Positions 13,318 to 25,479 of a stretch of 64,000 nt of DNA are shown in pieces. The number at the start of each line of letters is the position of its first letter. Positions within the stretch are counted from its first letter, which is position 1. Both the position numbers and the translations under genes were made by a program. This DNA comes from the human T2T-CHM13v2.0 reference genome, Homo sapiens. A model generated the notes under the pieces. It was given only the letters and a program-made list of their open reading frames with translations. It made no database searches and was not told where the DNA came from. The stretch is from assembly GCF_009914755.1 (NCBI RefSeq), contig NC_060947.1. One strand, given 5' to 3'.

Positions 13318-13744
13318 ATAGGAGCTCACAATAATTGTTCTGTTATCACTGTTCTAATGTGGAGCCATGTCCAAGGATGCTAAACCCCACTGAGCTCCTG
13401 GTGACATAGAACTTGCCTCATCCAACATGTATTGAGGGCCACATTTGCACTGTGGTCTCCGCCATCCTCATGGGCCTCTTAGTCCAGAGGGGAGATGGCT
13501 CATCAACATGCCCAACCTCATAGGAGTTCAGGATCCACCCAACCAATGGTGGAGAGCTGTGCTGGGCCAGCCCCTGGGAATAAGCCTTGCCAGCTGACCT
13601 CATGGAGTGACCTGGACCCTGACAAGCTGAGTGACTTCTGGGTTGAAAAGGGCATTCCCATAGGGGAGGCAGCACAAGCACCCTTACCAGCAAGGAAGTT
13701 CACAGTGTGCTCAGAAAACAGCACCAGAGGGAACCAGAGGTTGA

Positions 13745-14620
13745 TGTAGGGAGACCCCCTGAAACTATTGCTATGGAATAAAAGATGAAATGCTCCTGAT
13801 TATTGTAAATACATAATTGCATGCAGGATTGTGTAAAGACAATGCCAGGTTGGACTGCCAGAATGAGCCAACAGCACGTGATGTGCTTTCCCCTGCAGAG
13901 AGCCTATGAATGGACGTGCAGTCAGGGAGGTTTCACATCACCAAGATTCCTATCCTAGAAAAGCAGATGTTCATAGCTCTGGGAATGGAATGTGACCCTT
14001 GTGGAGAGCCTATAAACGGATGCATGAGGAGCACCTGTCCATATGGATAAGATAGGGCTATAAACGCCCTCATCTTGCCACGGCTCTTCTAGGCCTCTTT
14101 AGGGTTAAGGCATACTCCCTTCTGAGAATTTCTGGTCTAACCGGTTGTCTAGCTTCACATCCTGTTTCTATGGATTGTTTGTAACCAGCTTTTGCTGCAA
14201 CTGTTACTGCTGATTAATATCTTGCTAATCATAGGTCATGGAAAGACTGTGTTTCTGTTTTAAGGCTCTGTTAGAAACTACTGATGCACACACTATATCA
14301 TAAATTCTTATCCCTGTATACTGTACTTCTGCATACAGATGTTATGTTAAAGAATTACTTCATCCCCATGTGACCATCTCACCTCATAATCAAATGACCC
14401 TAAATCCCTCACTAACCTTCCCCTGCCCTCTCACCAAACTTAATAATAAATGCCGGTATATCCAGTGCGTTGTTGGCACCGTGGGAGCAGAAGGCGGTGA
14501 CCCCCCTGGACCCAGATTTTGCTATCTTGCGTGTGTCTATTATTTCTCGACCTGCCGATCTGCCTGGGAACAAAGAGAGAGCACCGTTGCATTGCAGACT
14601 GCTGGCCAGATCCCGCAATA
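13745..14620 (+). mobile_element. Solo ERVK-class LTR (MER11D-like), 876 bp
   Basis: 6-bp TSD GGTTGA (13739-13744 / 14621-14626), typical of ERVK; starts tgtagggagaccccctgaaac; internal 'gagcctat(g/a)aa' repeats; AATAAA ~14445. Confidence 0.88.
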
Positions 14621-17059
14621 GGTTGAGAGTTGTCTTACCCAGGACCCAGCATCAAGCAAATGCTGAGTGAAGGAGGGTTAAGGGCAGGTGGCATGGCGGA
14701 TACCTGAGTGTGTGAGAAAGAGCAGCCCAGTGGCTAACGAGGCTGGGAAAGGAAGGCCTTGGAAGTGTGAGGAGGTGGTGCCTAAGCAACTGACAAGTTC
14801 CGAGCCACAGTTTAGAAAGACTCCTCTGGGGTGGGATGAACCAACTGCAGGGACACATCCTGGAGCCTGGGAGAGATCAGCAGGGAAGAAGATCCTGAGA
14901 GGCCACGGGGAGGATGAAGAGGGCCTGGCAGATCATGTGACAGGCAAGGCCTACACAGCAAGTCTTGGCCTGTGGCTGGCCTCATACCTTGGGGCCCCAC
15001 CATCAAGAGCTCAGCACTATTCTTGATTGCTGCATAGCTACAAAGAAGCTGCAGCGAGTCAGCACTGAGACCGCTTTCCACAGGGCCACTGGTCCTCATA
15101 CCATAGTCAGCTGTGCTCTGCTTGGGTCGCCTGACCATGATGATTTTATTCATAATGCAGCAACGCAGAGGGGCCATCTCAGGGGCTTTTGGAGCATGGA
15201 AGAGAAGACCAACCATTTTCCTCAAAGTGGCTTGCAGGTGGCAGGTGACTCATAAAGAATGTCTGAATGGTTGCTGAAAGTTGCAGAGCTCATCTTTGGG
15301 GACTGAGCAGGCTTAGCCAGAGGAGGCTGGATTTCCCACCATGACTCTTCTTGACTAGACTTAAGTCAGTGCCCTGAATATTCCCTCCAGGGGACAAGAG
15401 GAGCTTGATGTCTTAGACTCGAAATCCCAGTGTACATTCTGTGACTTAAAACAAAGGACAATGGTCGCTAATGGTCCTATAGAAGCCACATGACATAGTG
15501 TGACTAAATCAAATCAATACCAGCTCTTGGCTGAATGCCACCGTGTAGTTTCCCTAGTAATTTTCTTCATGATAATTCCCCTCCCACCCAATGGCCAAAA
15601 GCCTTTATATAAGTAATCAGCAGAGTTTATAAGTTCGCAAAAGCCACAACAAAATGTCATTCTCAGTCTTAAGAATTCCCCTATGAAAAAGCACTTTGGT
15701 ATGTAAGTGAAAGATACCAGCTGTCTAACTGAATACTCAAGGATCCTCATTTAGAGATCTCACCAATGGCCTCTATTTTAATATTTAGCCTCAGAGTGTG
15801 TGTGTCTACAGGTTACACTGAGTCCTTGAACAAAACCTTTGTAAACCTGTTTAAAAAGCTTGGTGACCATGAACCAAGCCTGCATCCAGGCATTGGGGGC
15901 ACCATGAAGGATTAGAGAGCCCTGAGATTGAAAAGCACCTTGGAAGAGCCTCTTCCAACCCTCTTCGCACTCAGGGCCGACCCTGAGTGGGCAAAGGGTG
16001 CTACTCAGTGGGACAAGGACCCAGGGTCCTTTCAGTCTGGTGCCTTTCCACTGTATCACTCTGTCTCCCTATACAGAGTGAATATTAAGAACAAAGTTGT
16101 CTTTAATGGCTAGAGAAAATGTATCACCAGAAAGACTGTTGTATCCTCTCATCTGGGGTTGAACATGGCTTTCATTTGGGTTTTCTCCCTCCTCCTGCCC
16201 ACCGCAACACACACTCATACGCTCATCTGTTTTCAAATACATAATGATGGAACTTTTGTGCTGGATTACTTTAGTCAGGTCTAACTAGACAAGCAGAAAC
16301 TTTTCTTAGGCTAGTCTGTGTAAAGCAGGCCTCAGAAATGAACATGTCTTGGGCAATGAAAACAGTATTTATGGGCAAAAATGAAACTAAAGGTAATCTC
16401 CTGTTGTGATCTGCAAGAGGGTGAGATGCAAGGGCAAGCAGAGCTCCACAGGAGACTCCAAAGCACAGCTGAGGATGTGGCCATCCAACCACAAATGATG
16501 CTCTGGGTAACACAGTGGTAGACGAGTGAGGGGAGTGCTCCCACCATGCTCAGGCACAGCACCACTCTGGGGACAACTTGACCAAGGGGAATAAGAAACA
16601 CTTTATCTGGGCCCACTGGAGCACATGCAACCAATCATTAGGAGTACCTGGAAGAGACCAAAGCAGGAAGGAGATGGGGGGATTGGAAAAGAGGGGTGCT
16701 ACCACACAGATCAGGCCAAACAGCCTGGTAGGGACCACCATCTCCTAGAAGGCAGTCACCCATGAGGGGTCCATCTGAGTCAGGCAGTCTTGGTGAAACC
16801 CAAGCTAGGGATAACTAGGGGCTGGCTCTTGAGCAAATTAGAGGCCAGCAAATGGCCTCCCCTGTCTTCAGGGTTGGGAGTGGCCATAGAGCCATGGTTT
16901 CTCAGCTCATCTGGGGCCTGGCCCTTTGACACAATGTGACTGTCAGAAGATGGGAGACTTTTCTGGGAACTTGAACCATGCCTGTTTATACTTTTAGAAG
17001 AGGGAGAAGCTGAAGGCCATGCCACCTGTCTACTCCCCCAACACCTGGCCAGGGCCCCC

Positions 17060-17150
17060 TCTCCAGATTGGCTGAGAGCCACCTTTGTGACATCATGCGA
17101 CAAATACAGCAGATGATGAGTTAAGCCACTGGTTGCCCTGATACCGAGAC
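17060..17150 (+). promoter_or_regulatory. Putative HSFX proximal promoter: inverted CCAAT, CRE-like TGACATCA, RFX X-box-like site
   Basis: ATTGG 17067-17071; TGACATCA 17088-17095; GTTGCCCTGATAC 17132-17144; all within ~200 bp of the ATG. Confidence 0.4.
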
Positions 17151-17270
17151 TCTAGAATTTTGTGGACAGTATTTATTGGGCACGCCTACTCTGACTGAAG
17201 GCATTTTGGACTTGCTAGGACAGTGATAAGGGCCTTGGGTACAAAATGCTCCTGATTCTGGTGTAGCTCC

Positions 17271-17753
17271 ATGGCGAGTCAGAACACTGAACAGGAATAT
17301 GAAGCCAAGCTGGCCCCATCTGTTGGTGGAGAGCCAACAAGCGGGGGCCCATCTGGTTCTTCACCTGATCCAAATCCAGATTCCAGCGAGGTTTTGGACA
17401 GGCACGAGGACCAAGCCATGAGCCAAGATCCAGGCTCCCAAGATAACTCACCACCAGAAGACCGAAACCAACGCGTGGTCAACGTGGAAGACAACCACAA
17501 CCTTTTTAGGCTCTCCTTCCCAAGAAAGCTTTGGACGATTGTGGAGGAAGACACATTCAAGTCTGTGAGCTGGAACGATGATGGAGACGCCGTGATCATC
17601 GACAAGGATCTCTTCCAGAGGGAGGTTCTTCAACGGAAAGGTGCAGAGAGGATCTTCAAAACAGACAACTTGACGAGTTTCATTCGCCAGCTGAACCTCT
17701 ATGGATTCTGCAAAACACGCCCAAGCAACTCTCCAGGAAACAAGAAAATGATG
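17271..17753 (+). CDS. HSFX4: Heat shock transcription factor X-linked member (HSFX4-like), coding exon 1 (aa 1-161; acidic N-terminus and HSF DNA-binding domain)
   Basis: ccATGG start; FPRKLW...VSWNDDG...SFIRQLNLYGFCK is an HSF DBD signature; phase-0 GT donor at 17754 (ATG|gtaaagt). Confidence 0.93.
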
Positions 17754-17915
17754 GTAAAGTAGAAAGCATTTCTGTAATCCCTTTTCTCTCTTTCTCAAAC
17801 ATATCTTCATAGGACACCAATTTGAATAATATACTGTAAGAGCTTAAGTGTCAAAGATAGCATTTGAAAATGTGAAATATTGTTTATTGAAAGATGAAAA
17901 GTATAGAACTTAAAA

Positions 17916-18028
17916 AGTATGGATTTTGATATTAAACTGCAACCCCCTTAGAGATAATGTAAGCATCATATTTTGCAGACCTGCATATTACCTCTACGGG
18001 GTTGCAGTTTAATATCAAAATCCATGCT
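17916..18028. repeat. Intronic hairpin: perfect 28-bp inverted repeat with imperfect inner extension
   Basis: atggattttgatattaaactgcaacccc (17919-17946) and ggggttgcagtttaatatcaaaatccat (17998-18025). Confidence 0.95.
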
Positions 18029-18212
18029 ATTTATATATTACTGCCTTGATCTATGAATTGTTTATCTTTAGTCAGGTCATGCTGTAGAGCATAACCACAC
18101 TTGCTGCCACTTAAAGCATTCTTTTCTCCATTGCAAAACAAAATCATAATTTTGAGAGGTGGGAAAGGAATAATTTATCCCAGAACAACTAACATGTTTC
18201 ATTTTGTTTCAG

Positions 18213-18731
18213 ATCTACTGCAACTCCAATTTTCAGAGAGACAAGCCCAGGCTCCTGGAGAATATCCAGAGAAAGGATGCCCTCAGAAACACCGCTCAGC
18301 AAGCGACCCGTGTCCCAACTCCAAAGAGAAAGAATCTGGTAGCTACAAGACGCTCCCTACGTATCTATCACATCAATGCCAGGAAAGAAGCAATCAAAAT
18401 GTGTCAGCAGGGAGCCCCCAGTGTTCAGGGGCCCAGTGGCACCCAGTCCTTCAGGCGCTCTGGCATGTGGTCCAAGAAGAGTGCCACTAGGCATCCCCTG
18501 GGAAATGGGCCCCCTCAGGAACCAAATGGCCCAAGTTGGGAGGGCACCTCTGGGAATGTCACATTTACATCTTCGGCTACTACCTGGATGGAAGGCACAG
18601 GGATTCTTAGTAGTCTGGTTTACTCAGATAATGGTAGTGTAATGTCTTTGTACAATATCTGTTACTACGCTCTGTTGGCCTCCCTCTCAGTCATGTCTCC
18701 AAATGAGCCCTCTGACGATGAGGAGGAGTAG
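18213..18731 (+). CDS. HSFX4: HSFX4-like coding exon 2 (aa 162-333, stop TAG); spliced product is 333 aa
   Basis: Branch point ctaac 18189-18193, pyrimidine tract, AG at 18211-18212; IYCNSNFQRDKPRLLENIQRK completes the HSF DBD; 161+172=333 aa. Confidence 0.93.
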   Translation: MYCNSNFQRDKPRLLENIQRKDALRNTAQQATRVPTPKRKNLVATRRSLRIYHINARKEAIKMCQQGAPSVQGPSGTQSFRRSGMWSKKSATRHPLGNGPPQEPNGPSWEGTSGNVTFTSSATTWMEGTGILSSLVYSDNGSVMSLYNICYYALLASLSVMSPNEPSDDEEE

Positions 18732-18859
18732 GAAGGCTCCTCAGATTACAAGTGTAGACTCTGTGAACAGTTCAGACACACTGCAAATTCGTGAACTCAC
18801 AGGCCACTAATGGCCCATAAAAGTTGCCATTTTCTAATGAGAAACACATTTTTGGTCTT

Positions 18860-18898
18860 AATAAAGAAAAACAAAATTCCATGGAAATAAATAATAAA
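18860..18898 (+). terminator. HSFX polyadenylation signals
   Basis: AATAAA at 18860-18865, 18886-18891 and 18893-18898, followed by a GT/T-rich element at ~18915-18934. Confidence 0.8.
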
Positions 18899-19836
18899 CA
18901 ATTTAAATGAGAACTGTTGTCTGTGTTTTTTTTTAACCTTCTATATTATATACATCTCATTGGCAGAAACCAGGGGAGGCTGGAAATCCTGTCCAAGACA
19001 GGCTTTGGTCCCCATTGTCCTCGTTTATTTGGAGAAGCAGCATTTTCACACACTCAGCAAAGGATGTTGCTAGGAAGTGTCGAGGCCAAGCCCAGGAAGA
19101 CCTGGTCCCCTGAGATTGGCCTGCTGGTCAGGAGAAAGAATAGACGCCTGATTCCGGCAATATCTTCCTGTATCTTCAAACAGGAGATTGTTTCCTCATG
19201 GGTCCCTCCCAATGTTGCCAGGAAGTGTCTGGTCAGCAGCTCAGCATCCCTAGCCTAGCATCCAGGGGCCTCCAAAGAGGCCCACTTGAAAGTCAGGCCA
19301 CCCCATCTGCCATGGGATGTACAACCACCATAACATCCTGGCTCAGAAGAGAAGGGCCACTGCAGTCAATACCTGGGGGGAAATGCCCATCATCCTCATG
19401 GATAACAACTAGAAACTTTGCTAAATCACCAAAAAAAAAAAAAAAAAAAAAAATTACTACAAAATAAAACAACACTACTGATCACATTTCCAAGTTAACC
19501 TCACTCTACTAGAGCTGTATTTTGGATGTATTGCTAGGATAGGAAGTAGCTGTGTGATGCAGGTAACACACATGCTTCAGAAACTGACAGACACTTTCAG
19601 AAGAGTGAGAGTAACCTGAAAGGACAGACAGCTGCTCTAAGTCTGACGTCCTCTTCATCCTGGATGAGTCGGTTGATTAACGGCTAGTCACTACCAGGCA
19701 AACATTCAGTGCCAGGTCCCAGACTTTCTGTAATGTCGCCTGGATGCTAGTTACACATTTGATGAGTTTTGACCAGAACAAATCAGGGGAAAACATAGAA
19801 CAAAGCCTCAAACACTAACCAGTCATCTACAACACA

Positions 19837-19842
19837 TTTATT
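19837..19842 (-). terminator. EOLA2 main polyadenylation signal
   Basis: AATAAA on minus, ~330 nt after the stop codon. Confidence 0.65.
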
Positions 19843-20169
19843 TGTACAATCCAGAAACTAGCAGGACCAAAATTAGCAGCAATGCTGAGACATTTACTGG
19901 CAGCTTTGCCTTCTACCCTAAGGTCAAAGTACTTGAGACATTGCCTGTGTGCCTAAGGAGGCATCACACAAGGAAAGCCCCACCCCCTACTTCCTTCATC
20001 TGAGCAAAGGAACCTGTTTACATGCACAGTGCTTAGTGGGTGGGACTCTCCAAAGCAGTGGAAATTCATCTTTAACCTAATTTATACAGGTCTGCGTCAC
20101 GATGGCAAATTGAAGGTGCCATGATTTAGCTGGTTTCTCTGGAACATTCCTTTCAGGAGCCCACACTTG

Positions 20170-20466
<297 letters not shown>

Positions 20467-21242
20467 TTACTCAAAGTCACAATCAATAGAGAGTAAGACA
20501 GCATCAGCAAAATGACAAGAAGGGAGTCAAGTCCTTCTTCCGTAGCTTTGATAACGAACCAAACCCGATTCAGGAAACGCTGGGAGAGGCAGGGGGAGGG
20601 CTCCAGAAAGGCAGAGGAGAGGGCCTTGTCCTCATGAAGCCACACAAGTAAGAGGCAGGTCCAAGCCAGACTTCTGAGAGCAGCGGTTGCAGATTGGAAG
20701 GGCACCAGCCACTGCCTGGGAAGCTACAGGTGATGCCTGAGCAGGTCACCAGGGGACAGATGCTGATGTCGGGCCTCAGTCACCTAGAGGTTAGGGGACT
20801 TTCCCAGGGTGCTGTGAGTGGTGGGGCTGGGGCAGGTTCATGAAGCCAGGCGGGCAGCCCAACTCTAGAGGCCACCTGACCCATTCGGCGGGCTGGGCTG
20901 CTTTTCATGGTCTCTGCCACACATGTGCACTCACACATGTATGTGCAAATACACACAGCCAAACACCACAAACACCATGTGCACATGGCCCTGACCAGGC
21001 TTCTCACTGAGATCAGAAACAGAACTGCGGCCCAGAGTGGAGAAATGATTTACCAGAGCTTGCGGAAGCCAGCCATACCAACCCCCAGCCCAAGGTCCTT
21101 GCCGCCCCTTTGAAGGTGTGTTGCCAAAGGAAACTGTGTTATACACGCCAATCAGTTCAGATGACAAGAGAAGCCCCCAAATTCCCAAGCAAGATCTTGG
21201 GCAGCAGCCCTAGGCGTTGTCTGCGCATTTGGTACATTGTCA

Positions 21243-21763
<521 letters not shown>

Positions 21764-22929
21764 CTAGAGGAAGGCACAGGCAGGATAGCATGTGGTCAGT
21801 GCTATGACAGAGGTCACCGAGCCCTAGGGCAACACAGAGGACAGAGGGCCCCCTCGGCCTAGCCAGAGCGGAGAGTCGGGGCTGGTGTTAGCCCTCTTCC
21901 AGCACAGAGGGACAGTCCCACGCTCTGCTTCTCTTCCCTTTCCCCTGCTGTGCCCTGCCAATACTCTCAGTGCCCTGGCCCTGCCGCCACCAAGGCACTG
22001 ACCTTCCCAGCTCCTACTCCAGGGCTGCTGAGCCCACATCGTTGATATCCAATCTCAGCTCTGTCCTCAGGATGCACCGTGACCTCAGATGGCCCTCAGT
22101 CAGACATCTCCTCTCCACCCCTCTGGGTGCCACCTTCCTCAAGCCCCTTCCCCCACCACTGCTCTCCACTGTCAGCAGACGCCCCTGTCCCAATCTGAGC
22201 TGAGAAAAGAAGAATGATAATCAGAACAACTGGCAACCCCCCACACATGCCTTCCACGTGCCAGCCTCTGGGATGGCATGATCTTCAGATCATCAAATTG
22301 AATCTTCAAGTAACCCAGCAGGGTCAGTGGTACTGTGAGGCCCACTCTATGGCTGAGGAGAATGAGGCACCAGCCCACAGTCACACGGGCTCTGACTTCC
22401 CACAACTCTTGCCCAGCCTCCTGCGTGTGTGGCTTGGGAGAGGGTCCCCTCCTCTTGCACGGAGGACAGCCCTGTGCCTTGGAAGGAACCCTGGGCTTGA
22501 AACCAGAACCTCAGCCCAGTCATAGACTCTTGAGATGCCTCAGTTTCCACATGGCTGTGAGGAAGGGAGATAAGGCACCAAGAGCACCCAGCCCAGTACG
22601 TGGCACCTAACAGAACAGTCAGAAATAGTGGCCGCCCTCACCCCTCAGGCCCGTGGCCCCGCCCCCTGGCCCTGAACTCCACCCTTGAGCTGCCCCTACT
22701 CCTCTCTCTGTCCTTCCTTTCAACACATAAACGCAACCTCTAGTACGCTCTATGATTTTAAGAAAATATACCCACCCTCATGAGACAAAGCCCTGATAGG
22801 GCCAAAGCTGCCTGGTATTCACTCCTTTCCCAGTCTGCACTGCAGCCTTCTGAGCTCCAGATCTCCTGCTTTTCTCCCGCCTCTGGGGTGAGCTGCCTCA
22901 GCTGAGCCGGTTGCCTGCTGTGCTCTGGA

Positions 22930-23928
22930 CCCTGCTCCTCTGGCTCACTCCGGGCCCTGGGTGCCACCAGCCACCATCTATGCTCGCTCAGCATCCCTAC
23001 TCTGAGCACACGCGCGCCTCCCACTCTGCCTCCCTTCTCTACAACCCTGAACAGCCGAGACCTCAGAAGAGCTGTCTACATGCGCAGTCTCTACTTCCTC
23101 TCTGAACCTTCTGCCCCCACCCCCACCTTTCTCCCTTTATTCCCCACCCCCCCCACCACCCACTCCACTGACTGACCTATCCCCACAAGCACCCATGGCC
23201 GGCCTCATGCCAGTCCTGTCTTCATCTTAGTCCATGCTCAGCAGCCCCAGCATGGCTGGGCACACTCCTTCCCTTCTTCTGGGACCCCCATGTTGCTCAC
23301 CGTCCTGCTCTGAATCCCGTGGTGCAGGCCACCCCCCTTCAGACTCAGCCTTAGGTGGACAGGCCCATACATACTCAGGACCCCAACCATCACCACCAAG
23401 TCCACCTCCCTTCCACCTCTGTGAGTGGCATCACCAGCTACAGTGTTCCTGCCCCAGACCTAGCTGCTCTCTGCCCTGCCTTTCTTTCCCACATCTGCGG
23501 CCCACATCCCGTGGCACTGTGTCCAAAACCGACACTGAATCTGATCCCTTTCCATAATCTCTATGGCCACAATCCCAATCCAATCCCCTAAAACCCCCTG
23601 CCTTCTGAAGAAGTCTCCTGATAGCACCCCCACCCCCCCCCAGCACTTGTCCTCTGCACTCTTGTGACCACACTGCCATCGGAATGATCTTGGTACAGGG
23701 ACAATGAGATTATGTCACTCCTCTACTGAAACCTTTCAAGGGCTCCCTGCCCCAACTAGCACAGAATCCACACTTCCTCTCAGGGCACTCAAGGTCCCTC
23801 CTGATCTGGTTTCCCACCCCAGCCACGTCCTCTCCTCTCCCCTTTATTCACCACCCTGAAGCCACACAGGCCTTCCATCCCCTGAGGGAACATGCCAAGC
23901 TTGTTTCTACCTCAGAGCCTTTGTCAGT
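22930..23928 (+). mobile_element. L2 fragments in the EOLA2 intron
   Basis: L2-like 'atgtcactcctctactgaaacctttcaagggctccc' and 'cctcagagcctttg'. Confidence 0.6.
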
Positions 23929-24390
23929 TGTGATGGGTTGCATTGTGTCCTCTTAAAATGCGTATGTTGAAGTCCTAAACCCCAGCACCTCAAAATGTGG
24001 CCTTATATATAAAAACAGAGTCATTACAGAGGCAATCAAGTGAGACTGAAGCCATCAGGGCGGACCCGCATCCAATGTGGCTGGCGTCCTTATGAAAAGG
24101 GGGATTTGAGAGACAGTCACGCACACAGGGAGAACACCATGAGAAGATAAACGCAGAGATAAGGGAGATGCTTCTACAAGCTAATGAGTGCCAAAGATTG
24201 CCGGCCAGCCGCCTGCAGCTAAGAGAAAGGGACAGACCAGATTGTCTTTCACAGCCCACAGAACAAACGAACCTGGCCACCACTTTGATTTCAGACTTCC
24301 ATCCTCCAGAACTGCGAGACAATGATTGTCTGTTCTTTAAGCCAGCCCCTTTATGGTCCTTTGTTTCAGCCATCTTGGCAAACTGCTGTT
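23929..24390 (+). mobile_element. MLT1 (MaLR) solo LTR
   Basis: tgtgatgggttgcattgtgtcc...tatgttgaagtcctaaacccc...ttcagacttccatcctccagaactgcgagac. Confidence 0.85.
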
Positions 24391-25039
24391 CCCAACACAT
24401 CTGCACAGGCTAGGGCACGAGTTTGCCATTTGACAGCACATCAAGCCCATTCTTTCCACCTGACAATCTTCATCTACCTTGTTTTTCACTGCCTGGGTGA
24501 TATCCCATTGTTGGTCGTCTCATAATTTGCCTGACCATTCCTCCACTGATGGAGAGTTACAAGTTGCTTCCCACTTTTGCCACTAGAAATGACATTACTT
24601 CTAACACTCGCTGTGTGAAGACATGCTGAAGGAAATGCCTCGGCCGCCTGGCACGCCCATCTAAGATGCTGATATCTGCCAGCAAATGACTTTCCACAAA
24701 GACTCACCCGTGTACCCTCCACCAACCCATCCATGGTGCCATTTCCTCACACACTTGTGGCCCCTGAGCATGATTATTCTTCTGATGAGTGACCAAAGAT
24801 AACCAGGTTCCTTGGTTCTGGATTACTTCTGACGGAGGCTGAATGTCCCCCACAGGGCCTGGCCACTTCCATCGGGATAAATGGCTACAGTGAATGTTTG
24901 CCTCTTTTCTGCCGCCCAGTTTCTTAGCCAACCCTTTTCTCGTCATCACCACAAAATCACAACAACTGTGTGTGTGTGGAATCCCTAGTAGGAACTGATG
25001 TAACTGAAAAGGCAAGAAGGGGGTTGAGTCCCCTCCTAC

Positions 25040-25106
25040 CTGGTGCTGCAGAGAGTACCTGCTTTACGGCCAGAGGAGGAAACACTCTTCCACTTGGTTT
25101 CTTTAC
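25040..25106 (-). other. EOLA2: Candidate small EOLA2 5' UTR exon (alternative donor would end it at 25059)
   Basis: Acceptor tccttgttgtgcag| at 25107-25108; donors cag|gtagga and cag|gtactc. Confidence 0.45.
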
Positions 25107-25479
25107 CTGCACAACAAGGAAGATAAAGAGGAAAGGTCATTAAATGCAAGTCAGCAAAGCTGGTTAATGGCCCTAGGAAGGTCTTCTACTCAGCAGGCAT
25201 TGGAAACCAAGAGCTGGGAGGGCCGGTCCTAAGAGTAACACATGTGCACCTCACTCACGGTTTGGTTCTGCTAATCAGAGCGGTGGGACCCTCCACATCT
25301 GTCTGGGTCACAGGGTGCACCAGTCCGCAGAGCAGAAAATCATTTCAGCAAGTTGAGTCACATTCCTACAGCTGAGCACGCTCCATCCGAGGGGAGAAAA
25401 ATCACACTTCCCCTCCCATTGTCATCGGACGAGGGTTTGGGGGGCCTAAATCCCATTGTCCACTGCTTAATTCTGGTTA

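Noticed and set aside
14812-15255. 137-aa (-) and 96-aa (+) ORFs in unique sequence upstream of HSFX
   Set aside because: No recognisable domain or exon structure; cannot be supported without a database search.
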